From IMG/VR virus record IMGVR_UViG_3300017565_000003: a stretch of DNA of 64,000 nucleotides; one strand, written 5' to 3'. This document shows positions 37,487 to 46,875 of the stretch, piece after piece (within the stretch, counting starts at the first letter, position 1; each line of letters opens with the position of its first letter). The position numbers were made by a program, and so were the translations under genes. The notes below the pieces were generated by a model. It was not told the DNA's origin and made no database searches. It saw only the letters and a program-made list of their open reading frames with translations. Source of the DNA: a virus.

Positions 37487-39749
37487 TGTATTCAAAAGTA
37501 AACTAAATAAAACAATACAATATAATTCATCTAATATTATCCGACTGGTTGACTCATTTAATGAAGATGTCACTCTTCCTCTCTTAACATCTGATTTGTT
37601 AGGAGAGGGAGTATTCTCCTTTGAGATTGTTGTAAATGACACTGATGCAGAAAATTACATTGTCACTCCACCATTTTTTCGTGAGCAGATAGGAGCAGAA
37701 TGTTATAGAGATTTCTCATATCTAAACAACAGTTTAAATGAGTTAAATTGCTACTCTATAGAACTGACTAACCCATCTTTCTTACCAATATTTACTGAAA
37801 GTGAAGGTTCACTTTTACAAGACTTATCTCTTATGTGCCAAAAAGGGAGTGAACTATTCATACAGTTGCTTATAACTCTACGTCAAGACAACTGGAAGGA
37901 AGGGTATGTTGACCAATATCAAGAGTATTTATACGGTAATGATTATCCTAGTGCCAAACGAGCACAAAGAGCAATGCAACGATCCATATTGAATGTGTTG
38001 AATAAGATTAGTGGATTTAGCACAGAGAGAAAAGAGGTAAAGGATATTAGCAATAAGATATTACAAGATGGATATAGATTTGAACTGAGATTGATTACTA
38101 ATGCGGAAGATGCTAATACATTTGAATCTGAATTAACCGGAGTGCTAAAGGAATACGACTTTTTTAACAGCTTAAGATTCTTTGGGGATAAGAATAAGAA
38201 GCAGTTCGTGGATAATTTCTTAAATAGAAAATTCTCGCCTGTATCAAAAGAGCAGTTATTATGTGAATCTGAGTTACTAAGCATTCTAAATGGTGAACAA
38301 GTATTCACAGAATCGAAAACAATCACAGAAAAACTAGAAGACATGAGAAAATCCGTTACAAAGGTGAGTAATTTTAATTTACTGCCATTAGGTGAGAAGA
38401 AGGATAGGGATTTAGATCATGAAATTATTGCACAAATACCTGGAGCACTAAAGAAAGCTAGAGCAACTAAAACGGATAAAATTGAAATCACTGATGTAGA
38501 ATTAGGTGCAACAGTTCAACGTATTACATTTAAAATACCAAATGGTGAGGTTTATTCGAATATCAAAGGGAAAATAGAGGACATTCAATCGTCATTAGGT
38601 GCATCACTTAGTATTATTCAAGGTCAAGAAGCAGAAACAGTTACATTTCTAATACCTTGTAGTCAACGTGAAATAATTTATCTTAAAGAAGTGTTAACTA
38701 GCGAAGAGTTTCAACAGTTTGCAAATGAACATGAACTCCCATTTGTATGTGGTATAGATATGAATAATAATCCTGTATTTAAATGCTTAACAGAAGCCCC
38801 TCATCTATTGGTGGCTGGAGCTACAAACTCAGGGAAATCAGTATTCCTCAATGCATTGCTTATCACATTAATACTACTAAAGAGTCCAAATGAGTTGAGA
38901 TTATTCCTTATTGATCCTAAGTATGTTGAGTTTACAGACTATGAAGGAATGTCACATGTTGAAAAGTTGACATCTGATATGAAGAGAGCAGCAGGAATAC
39001 TTGAATCATTGGTCAATGAAATGGAAAACAGATACCAACTATTTGCAAAATATAAAGGAGTTAAAAAGCTCACTCAATACAACTCGAAAGCTGATAAAAA
39101 ACTTCCCTATATTGTATGTGCAATAGACGAATACAATGATTTAGTCATGGTTCATAAAGAAGTTGAACAATACATTGAACGCTTAGGACAAAAAGCAAGG
39201 GGAGCCGGTATTCATCTAATTATAGCTACACAAAGACCTGATAAAGATGTAATGAGTGGAGTCATCAAGTCTAATCTACCTTCAAGGATCTCATTTTCAC
39301 TAAGTAATAATAATGAATATAGGACAGTGTTCGGAGTAGGAATCCCATATAAGAATCTATTAGGAATGGGAGATGGGGTAGTTAAGTATATGGGGCAGAC
39401 TGAGGATTTTATAAGGTTCCAAGCCCCCGTCATTACATTGGATAGTGAAGAGGAAGAGAGAACGTTTGATAATATTAAGAAATTATATAAAGGTGAGCAG
39501 ATAGATGAGTTAGATTTAGCGGAAGTTGAAGTGGAAAGTGATTTAGACAAGTTAAAGAGGATAATTTCGTCAACGGGTGAATGTAGAATTGGGGAATTAC
39601 GTAAAGAAATGGGAATAAGGATTAACACTGTGCAAGATTTAATGCAGCAATTAGTTGAGGAAGGCTGGTTAGAGAAACCAGAAAGCAAGAATAAAGGATA
39701 TCAGTTGATAGCTGATGAGGATGAGTTGGAGAAGTGGAGGTCACACTAG
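37473..39749 (+). CDS. FtsK/SpoIIIE-family DNA translocase with C-terminal winged helix
   Basis: PHLLVAGATNSGKS (Walker A), IDPK, IVCAIDE (Walker B), ARGAGIH, ATQRP, LLGMGDG; gamma-like wHTH at C-terminus. Confidence 0.9.
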   Translation: MNMLNVFKSKLNKTIQYNSSNIIRLVDSFNEDVTLPLLTSDLLGEGVFSFEIVVNDTDAENYIVTPPFFREQIGAECYRDFSYLNNSLNELNCYSIELTNPSFLPIFTESEGSLLQDLSLMCQKGSELFIQLLITLRQDNWKEGYVDQYQEYLYGNDYPSAKRAQRAMQRSILNVLNKISGFSTERKEVKDISNKILQDGYRFELRLITNAEDANTFESELTGVLKEYDFFNSLRFFGDKNKKQFVDNFLNRKFSPVSKEQLLCESELLSILNGEQVFTESKTITEKLEDMRKSVTKVSNFNLLPLGEKKDRDLDHEIIAQIPGALKKARATKTDKIEITDVELGATVQRITFKIPNGEVYSNIKGKIEDIQSSLGASLSIIQGQEAETVTFLIPCSQREIIYLKEVLTSEEFQQFANEHELPFVCGIDMNNNPVFKCLTEAPHLLVAGATNSGKSVFLNALLITLILLKSPNELRLFLIDPKYVEFTDYEGMSHVEKLTSDMKRAAGILESLVNEMENRYQLFAKYKGVKKLTQYNSKADKKLPYIVCAIDEYNDLVMVHKEVEQYIERLGQKARGAGIHLIIATQRPDKDVMSGVIKSNLPSRISFSLSNNNEYRTVFGVGIPYKNLLGMGDGVVKYMGQTEDFIRFQAPVITLDSEEEERTFDNIKKLYKGEQIDELDLAEVEVESDLDKLKRIISSTGECRIGELRKEMGIRINTVQDLMQQLVEEGWLEKPESKNKGYQLIADEDELEKWRSH

Positions 39750-39913
39750 GTTGTGGCCTTTTAAACTGCCTAGAATCCATTTTAAGGCTGTTCACGCTTT
39801 GATATGGACGAGATAGATGTGGGTTATGATAAATTACATTAGGAGAGGGTAAAGTTACTAGAAAACGATTTTAAGAGGCTGATAATAAAATAATAGATAA
39901 ATTTATTTATTTA

Positions 39914-39942
39914 TTGCAATAAAAGTAAACTTATCATATACT
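39914..39942 (+). promoter_or_regulatory. sigmaA promoter with AAAGTAAACTTATC operator-like spacer
   Basis: TTGCAA-17 bp-TATACT. Confidence 0.65.
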
Positions 39943-39972
39943 GTAAATAAGTTAACAAAAGGAGGTGTGAAC

Positions 39973-40146
39973 GTGTCAGGGTTGGAATTGAAGATTAAGC
40001 GTATTACATTAAACATAAAAGCACAAGAGATAGCAGATAGATTGAAAGTTAGTAAAGCATACATAAGCATGATGGAAAGTGGTAAGAGGGCGATTCCAAG
40101 TGGAATATATAAGAAGTGGTTAGATGTTTTAGAATTAAATAAGTAA
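39973..40146 (+). CDS. Cro-like XRE HTH protein (57 aa, not in ORF track)
   Basis: GGAGGTG RBS, GTG start; IKAQEIADRLKVSKAYISMMESGKR. Confidence 0.75.
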   Translation: MSGLELKIKRITLNIKAQEIADRLKVSKAYISMMESGKRAIPSGIYKKWLDVLELNK

Positions 40147-40176
40147 ACTAAATTATTATATAAGGGGAAATTTGAA

Positions 40177-40848
40177 ATGTCATTTAAAATACAAATTGCT
40201 TCTGAGGTGATAAAAAACCCTAAATTAACTCATGAGTCTTTTTTAGTTTATTGTAAATTGATTCAGCACTATTACGTAAATAAAGGGAAAACAAATATCA
40301 TACAAATCGATCATAAGAAGTTTATGTATTTCAGTAATATAAAAAGTAATCAGACATTTAAGAAATGTATAAATCAATTGTATGAATTTGAATTAGTGGA
40401 AAACAAGATTGATACATTACCAAGAGTGGGATTGATTAGGATTGCATTGAATAAAAAATATTTATGTAAAATAAAGAATTTCTCCTTCGCACAATTACCT
40501 TATAAATTTTTAGATAAATGTGTAATTGATGCGATTGGAAGTGAAGGATTCAGGCTAATGTATTATTTTAAAAGTTACATAAATAACGGCAGGGAGTTTT
40601 GTTTCAGTTCAAGAGAAACAATTGCTAAAGAAATAGGAAGTAACCCTAAGACGATAGATAAATACATAAGGTTGTTAAAGAAACATAAATTCATAAAAAT
40701 AGATCGACATCAGATAGAAGATACTGGAAGATACATAACAAATGAATTCGGAAAAGAAAAAGTTGAATTTAGAAAATATAATAATCACTATCATTTACGT
40801 TTTGACAAATTTGACGACATATACGACAAACTGAGAACAGAGATGTAA
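40177..40848 (+). CDS. Putative replication initiator (tandem wHTH)
   Basis: FCFSSRETIAKEIGSNPKTIDKYIRLL HTH, NNHYHL; followed by iterons. Confidence 0.6.
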   Translation: MSFKIQIASEVIKNPKLTHESFLVYCKLIQHYYVNKGKTNIIQIDHKKFMYFSNIKSNQTFKKCINQLYEFELVENKIDTLPRVGLIRIALNKKYLCKIKNFSFAQLPYKFLDKCVIDAIGSEGFRLMYYFKSYINNGREFCFSSRETIAKEIGSNPKTIDKYIRLLKKHKFIKIDRHQIEDTGRYITNEFGKEKVEFRKYNNHYHLRFDKFDDIYDKLRTEM

Positions 40849-40879
40849 AGGTGAATTTTCAAACTTGTTTTGGAAATTT

Positions 40880-41002
40880 AAATACTGGTTCTTTTATATC
40901 TTTTAATATCTTTTATCTATAATCTATATAGAGTGGATTTCATGTTAGATAAAATACAGTTACATCTTAAATGAAATACAGTATCATCCTCAATGAAATA
41001 CA
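40880..41002 (+). repeat. Iteron-like 22-bp direct repeats plus TCTTTTA repeats (candidate origin)
   Basis: AAATACA at 40952, 40974, 40996 (period 22); three TCTTTTA upstream. Confidence 0.6.
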
Positions 41003-41076
41003 CTTAGGTAGAAACGTTGATTTAATAGGGTTTAATTATACAGGTAAATTTAACTAAAAGGAGAATTTGTTAAACA

Positions 41077-42105
41077 ATGTATTTTGATACTAATGAAAGT
41101 AAAAGTCACCTTGAAGCAAAAGAAAAGTTATTTGACCTGATTACTTCAAAAAGGGTTAAAATTGCAGATCAAGATGGAAATGTGTACGATGTCTTTAGTG
41201 GTAAACATGATGATGAGTTTTTACATATGGAAAGTTTTATTATGAATTATAGTTCAGATGCGATATTCAGTAATAAGGAGTCACCTTGTAAAAAGTTTAT
41301 GGAAAATAAAAATCCTGGTTGCAACATGGAAGGGTACTTTGGTGCTTTTAAGGAGTTACCGTGCGAGAAATGCATAGTAAAGAATTTCAGGAAATACATA
41401 GAAGGTTCATCAAAGTATGCAAGCTATAGACCTGACGTTTCTTTCGGCTACGAGGGTAAGCATAAGATATGGTTGGAAATTAAGAATGAAAGCCCATGTT
41501 CAAAAAATAAAATTGAGTTTTGTAAAAGTAATGGAATAGTACTGTTGGAGATTGACAGTACGGATATAAATGGATTTAAAAGTCATAACGGTAAACTACT
41601 ATTTAATAGATTGGAAGAATACGTTCATACTCCAAGTATATATGAAGATACTGAAAATATTTTAAAATTCATACGTGAAAAGTTAAATGAAGAAAAGTTT
41701 ATTCCATATGAACAAGTAGTCGAGAAATTTGCGGATGCACCATCTAACTCTGAATTTGTTACGGCTAGGAATATAATTAAATTTAAAGAGAGGTTAGAAA
41801 AAGAATTTAATATAATTCTTATTGAGGGGTCTGATTTAAAAAGATATTTCAATGTTAAGAGAAAACAAAAGGCTTTAATAAGTAAAATAGAATACGATAA
41901 GCTCATTGAAAATAAGTACATAAATGAAATAACGCAGTCTAAAGATGGAATTAAAATAATCGAAAAAAGCGATAGTATAAAATCGGTAAGATGCTATAAA
42001 TGCAAACAAAAAGATGAAGCAAGGAACTTTATTAAAACCGAGGTTACTAAAAAGGATAATAAGAAACTATATAGGTATTATCATGAGGATTGTTTATACA
42101 AATAA
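41077..42105 (+). CDS. Putative PD-(D/E)xK nuclease-like protein
   Basis: ESKSH, YRPDV...WLEIK motif; Cys clusters. Confidence 0.5.
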   Translation: MYFDTNESKSHLEAKEKLFDLITSKRVKIADQDGNVYDVFSGKHDDEFLHMESFIMNYSSDAIFSNKESPCKKFMENKNPGCNMEGYFGAFKELPCEKCIVKNFRKYIEGSSKYASYRPDVSFGYEGKHKIWLEIKNESPCSKNKIEFCKSNGIVLLEIDSTDINGFKSHNGKLLFNRLEEYVHTPSIYEDTENILKFIREKLNEEKFIPYEQVVEKFADAPSNSEFVTARNIIKFKERLEKEFNIILIEGSDLKRYFNVKRKQKALISKIEYDKLIENKYINEITQSKDGIKIIEKSDSIKSVRCYKCKQKDEARNFIKTEVTKKDNKKLYRYYHEDCLYK

Positions 42106-42129
42106 ATTAAATACAAGGAGCGTATATAA

Positions 42130-43920
42130 ATGACTAAATTCAACGAAAATCAACTATTAGCTATAAATTTTTACAAAGGAGCATGTGGTGTCATTGCAGG
42201 AGCTGGAAGTGGAAAGTCTACAGTATTAATAAACCGGATTAAAACACTGGTCAATACACATGATGTAAATGAGCATGATATTCTTGCTATTAGCTTTACA
42301 AAGAACACGGCAGATGAGTTGAAAAGTAAACTAAACAAAATGGGATTAAAGGATGTTAACATTGGAACATTTCATGCTATCTGCTCAAGGATACTAGCAG
42401 CCGAAGGAATCTTTATCAATGGTCAGAATTTGATTAAGGAATGGCAAGTTGAAAATTTATTCAAGTCTATGCTAGAGAAACCGGATATCAATGATATTGT
42501 CAGCTATATTAGTTATCAGAAGAATTATATGAGATATCCAACAGATGAGTTTGTATATAAAGAAAGTATTTACACTGAGGAAGAATTAAGACGATTATAT
42601 AAGGCTTATGAGGAATACAAACAGAAACATACTTTATATGACTTTGATGATTATCTGTTACTTGCATATGAGGTATTAAATAATAATCCAGGCAAATATA
42701 CATATGATTTTATTTTAGTTGATGAGCATCAGGATTCTAACCTTGTACAGAATTTATTACTTAAAGAATTATGTCAAAGTGGGAATCTGTTTGTTGTGTT
42801 TGATTACCGACAGGCTATTTATTCATTTAGAGGTGGTAATCCTGATTATGCGATGAACTTTGAAAAGGATTGGGAAAATGCAACATTGATTAATTTAGAT
42901 ATTAATTATAGATCCGTAAGCAATATTGTAGATAATGCAAATGGATTTATTAAGAAATATTACGGTACATATGAACATTATGCAGATGCTATTCCTTTTA
43001 ACAAGAATAAAGGTGAGATTAAAGGGAGTACATATATCAACAGAGATATTGAAGGAGAAAAGATTGTTGAAGAAATTGAGCATAAGTTAAAGAGTGGTGT
43101 TAGTCCTAGTCAAATTTGTGTATTGTATAGATTGAATTCTCATTCATTTAATGTGGAGTGTGAGTTGAAGCGAAAAGGAATAGAATATGAGATTACGAAT
43201 GATAGTAGTTTCTTTAAACGTAAAGAGATTACTGGATTGTTAGGTTATTTAAGATTGATTCATAATCCGTTTGATGATGCAGCATTTGAGGATATATTTA
43301 AATTGAGAAATTATCCATTGGCCTATTTTAGTAATAATGTACTGAATGATATTAAGAAGTATTCTGGAGAGAATGATTTGTCACTGTACGAAAGTTTAAT
43401 TAGCATGAAGTTTGATAAACCTTGGCAGAATAAAAATGTTGAGGTATTTGAAAATGGGATTAATAAACTTAGATTGCAGAATGAGAAGGGAACAACTGTA
43501 ACAAGATTGATTGAGAATATTGTAAGAACATTTCAGGTTGATAAGTTTATTCAGAGTAAATACACCAATGCTGAAGAGTTAGAAGATAGAATGAATTCAA
43601 TTGATGTGTTAAAGAGTTTTGTTAAAGGCAACAACTTAGAACAGTTTATAGCTTATGTGTACAGTAGTAATACGAAAAAGAAGAGTAAGAAGAATAGTGT
43701 TAAGTTGATGAGTTTACATGCGAGTAAAGGATTAGAGTTTGATCATGTGTATATGATTGGAATTGAGGATGGTAAGTTCCCACATTGTAAGAGTGACTTG
43801 CTGGATGAAGCTAGGTTATTTTATGTTGGAGTGACTAGAAGTAAGGAAAACTTATATGTGAGTGAAATAGGGGAAGGTAATCAATTTGTGAATGAGTATT
43901 TTGGTAAGAAGGTAATATAA
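42130..43920 (+). CDS. UvrD/PcrA-family SF1 helicase
   Basis: AGAGSGKS, FTK, GTFH, VDEHQD, QAIYSFRG, NYRS, HASKGLEFD, RLFYVGVTR. Confidence 0.92.
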   Translation: MTKFNENQLLAINFYKGACGVIAGAGSGKSTVLINRIKTLVNTHDVNEHDILAISFTKNTADELKSKLNKMGLKDVNIGTFHAICSRILAAEGIFINGQNLIKEWQVENLFKSMLEKPDINDIVSYISYQKNYMRYPTDEFVYKESIYTEEELRRLYKAYEEYKQKHTLYDFDDYLLLAYEVLNNNPGKYTYDFILVDEHQDSNLVQNLLLKELCQSGNLFVVFDYRQAIYSFRGGNPDYAMNFEKDWENATLINLDINYRSVSNIVDNANGFIKKYYGTYEHYADAIPFNKNKGEIKGSTYINRDIEGEKIVEEIEHKLKSGVSPSQICVLYRLNSHSFNVECELKRKGIEYEITNDSSFFKRKEITGLLGYLRLIHNPFDDAAFEDIFKLRNYPLAYFSNNVLNDIKKYSGENDLSLYESLISMKFDKPWQNKNVEVFENGINKLRLQNEKGTTVTRLIENIVRTFQVDKFIQSKYTNAEELEDRMNSIDVLKSFVKGNNLEQFIAYVYSSNTKKKSKKNSVKLMSLHASKGLEFDHVYMIGIEDGKFPHCKSDLLDEARLFYVGVTRSKENLYVSEIGEGNQFVNEYFGKKVI

Positions 43921-44337
43921 GTAAATTATACATATTGCTAGGGTAGTCTAAATAAACAGGCTACCTTTTTCTGTAGTTGTAAAATACGCCCCCTCCTCTA
44001 AGTCGATAGATGTGATCGTAAGGGTGAAAATTAGGTGTCGTGAATATAGGGTAGAATGAGTGGAAAATGTAGATGGGATAAGGGTTTGAGGCTTGCTGAG
44101 TGGGTTGAAATGGTGAGTTGTATCGATTAAATGTAGATGTAGCAAGGGTTTTCTAAGAATGGAAGTCGTAAATAGGGTAAATTAGGCTGGAATTGAGGTG
44201 GATTTAGAGTAGGGTAAAAATTGAAAATGTTGATATATGGGGATTTGCTCGATAGAGTTTTCGATAGGTGAGTTAATTTCTATCGAGTTGTGGTCAGGAA
44301 TATTCGATGAGAGTATGTGCTCGGCCTTCAAATAGGG

Positions 44338-44349
44338 GAACAAAGGTTC
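44338..44349. promoter_or_regulatory. LexA/DinR (Cheo) box
   Basis: GAAC-AAAG-GTTC. Confidence 0.4.
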
Positions 44350-44797
44350 GTATAAATGTTTAACTAGCCCCCTCTATTACCCTTTGAATCAGTGGTATAA
44401 TATTAGTTATATCCTCAACTCCTCAGCCTAACCTATTTCACCTCATATTTGCAGCGTTTTTCAAAAGTCAAGTATAATCTAATAAAAAATCAAAAAAAAT
44501 CCTTGTTCACTATATTATACATTTGTTTAATATTTCAGTCGGTGCATAACATGAAACGGCTAGCCAAAGACTTACAAACAATTAAATTGTGCACAATCTA
44601 GTTTTACTCAATCTATTATCGTTATCCACAACTTATCAACAACTAACTGTTAATAACTATTAATTTTACTTTTATTATATATATTATATTAATCAGCTCA
44701 CTATATCCACTATATCTTTCTTGATCAACTCACTAAAAGCACCATCATATTTTTCTCAACTTTTTACAAATAAACTTTACTATTTTAGTCATTTTCC

Positions 44798-44826
44798 TTG
44801 TATCTCATCATATAATATAGTATAAT
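44798..44826 (+). promoter_or_regulatory. Strong sigmaA early promoter
   Basis: TTGTAT-17 bp-TATAAT upstream of small acidic ORF cluster. Confidence 0.65.
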
Positions 44827-44881
44827 AAAGATAGTTAATGAAGAGGAAAACAATATCAGCTACAACTAAAACTTATCAAAG

Positions 44882-45133
44882 GTGGAATATAAAATGAACA
44901 TAACTAAACTTGAAAACGCATGTAAATACTTACAAAGAAACGATTCAAACGGTGACTATCTTGACATGATTAAAGAATATCATGAAGGAGAAATTGAACT
45001 AGAAACTATTCAAGAAGTTTGTAACAACGTCCTAAACGATTGGAAAACAGACTTGGAAACTATCTCACAACCTACTCAAAGCGACTTGAAAGACATTGCA
45101 ACTTTACAAGAATGGATTGAATATATTAACTAA
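44882..45133 (+). CDS. Small acidic early protein
   Basis: ORF, likely start ATG 44894; NNC-rich codons. Confidence 0.6.
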   Translation: MEYKMNITKLENACKYLQRNDSNGDYLDMIKEYHEGEIELETIQEVCNNVLNDWKTDLETISQPTQSDLKDIATLQEWIEYIN

Positions 45134-45147
45134 TCGGAGGTTATCAC

Positions 45148-45360
45148 ATGAACTATCTAACAGACGAACAACTTAAACAATACTTATCAGAAGGTTACGA
45201 ACTATCCAAGTCATACGATGAAGAAGAGGAAGCTTTACAATACGTATCATACCTTAAAGAACTAGATAAAGACCCTTCTTATATTGTATCAATTGTAGGC
45301 TTATACGCTCACTTAGACCACTATCCACAAGTAGTATATAAAGTTAGAACAACTAATTAA
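45148..45360 (+). CDS. Small acidic early protein
   Basis: GGAGG RBS; DEEEE tract. Confidence 0.6.
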   Translation: MNYLTDEQLKQYLSEGYELSKSYDEEEEALQYVSYLKELDKDPSYIVSIVGLYAHLDHYPQVVYKVRTTN

Positions 45361-45445
45361 TATTTGTTAGTATCTCATTAATAAGTTAGTGAGGTACGAT
45401 AGAAATATTAATAAACTAACTCAACTCAAAGGAGATTGATTACAT

Positions 45446-45670
45446 ATGAACACTACTGACTTAAACAAACTCACTAAGCAACTTGAAACGGAGCTTATCA
45501 ACTATCTAGATGTTAACGACTTAGACGAATATTCTTGGATTGTATCCGATTATGTTTCATCAACTCTTCACGAATTAAACATAGAAGACAACGACGATTC
45601 AGACATTTTCTATGCTATTGTTAACTCATTAGATGACAATAAAATTAAAAGTGAGGTACTAAACAAATGA
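45446..45670 (+). CDS. Small acidic early protein
   Basis: AAAGGAG RBS; 17 D/E versus 5 K in 74 aa. Confidence 0.6.
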   Translation: MNTTDLNKLTKQLETELINYLDVNDLDEYSWIVSDYVSSTLHELNIEDNDDSDIFYAIVNSLDDNKIKSEVLNK

Positions 45671-45927
45671 ATAATCCTTTTCAATCCTCAGTAGAAAAAA
45701 TCTTATCCTTAGTCATGAAAGACTTAGACATTGACAACTATCAAGACGCTTCTTACATCTCAGAAGTTGAGACTGTTTTAATCCATCACACAAGTAACTA
45801 TACACAAATAAGCGAACACAATTACACATTTAAACTTAATCCAATGTTATCAGACTTAGAAAGCTTAGATAAAGCATACTACGACAATCATCTTTACAAC
45901 TATGTTATTAACAATCTACACGCTTAA
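45667..45927 (+). CDS. Small acidic early protein
   Basis: Overlaps previous stop; GAGG RBS. Confidence 0.6.
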   Translation: MNNPFQSSVEKILSLVMKDLDIDNYQDASYISEVETVLIHHTSNYTQISEHNYTFKLNPMLSDLESLDKAYYDNHLYNYVINNLHA

Positions 45928-46015
45928 TATTTGCTACTCTTCATTATCTCACTTGATAGTGAAGGGAATGGAAATATTAAAACTAAACTATACATACTAA
46001 GGAGATGTTTATATT

Positions 46016-46387
46016 ATGACTCAAACTATTCAAATATCAGAAGAAACTATTGTTAAGACTCCAATCAAAGATATTAAAAAAGGTGATATCTTAGCATATG
46101 AAAATGATACAACTAAAAAAGTAAGAATCTTATCGATTGAATTCAAAGATTGGAACGGTAAAAAAGCATTCTTTAAAACAATTGAACTAGATGACACAAT
46201 GAGAGTAAGAACATATCAATTTATAGATGCTGATAAAGAATTCAATCAAGTATTAGGATATGAAAGCATTGAAGAAACTTCTTTACGTTGTGAGTCATGT
46301 AATAAATTATTAGGTAAAGCAACATTCAAAGGTTTGATATCTCTTAAGTGTCCAAAGTGTAAAACAGTTAATGAATTCACTAATTAA
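46016..46387 (+). CDS. SH3-like domain fused to Mu Com-type zinc ribbon
   Basis: C-terminal LRCESCNKLLGK...LKCPKCKTVN. Confidence 0.7.
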   Translation: MTQTIQISEETIVKTPIKDIKKGDILAYENDTTKKVRILSIEFKDWNGKKAFFKTIELDDTMRVRTYQFIDADKEFNQVLGYESIEETSLRCESCNKLLGKATFKGLISLKCPKCKTVNEFTN

Positions 46388-46414
46388 GCTAAACTAAATA
46401 CAATTAGAACGTCT

Positions 46415-46470
46415 AGAACGTCAATCATATTCAACTCTTATCAATAGGGTTATATGTTGACGTTCTTTTT
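46415..46470 (+). terminator. Long hairpin terminator after Com-like gene
   Basis: AGAACGTCAA...TTGACGTTCT followed by T-tract. Confidence 0.65.
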
Positions 46471-46875
46471 ATTTGTCTCATAATCCTAACTATATCTAAT
46501 AACTATCAGCTTACACAACCACATTATCACTATTCATTTAGTGTTTATATAGATATATCTTATTAAAACCTTAGTCATTCAGACGTTTATATTCTCTCAT
46601 ATTCAACTCAATACACAACCTAATACACTTACACAACACTAATATTAAACGTCTTATAATCAATCCTAAGCATTCTCAACATTATACTTTTTAACGATTC
46701 ATTTTCCATTCTAAGCGACTCTTTATACTCATAGTATCCTTACATTACTTATCAATTTCAGCTATCTCATAAGCTAATATAAACAGTCTTATCTATATAT
46801 TTTACCTATATTAATCCTACAATTTTTAAGATTTTACATATATTTTAAATTCAAAAATGAAAAAATTGAAATTAT

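Noticed and set aside
35346-43083. Minus-strand ORFs at 35346, 36116, 37436, 37943, 39212, 41625, 42171, 42509, 42895
   Set aside because: Antisense shadows of plus-strand genes
43948-44145. 65-aa His/Thr/Ser-rich ORF
   Set aside because: By-product of the extreme G-skew in a non-coding region
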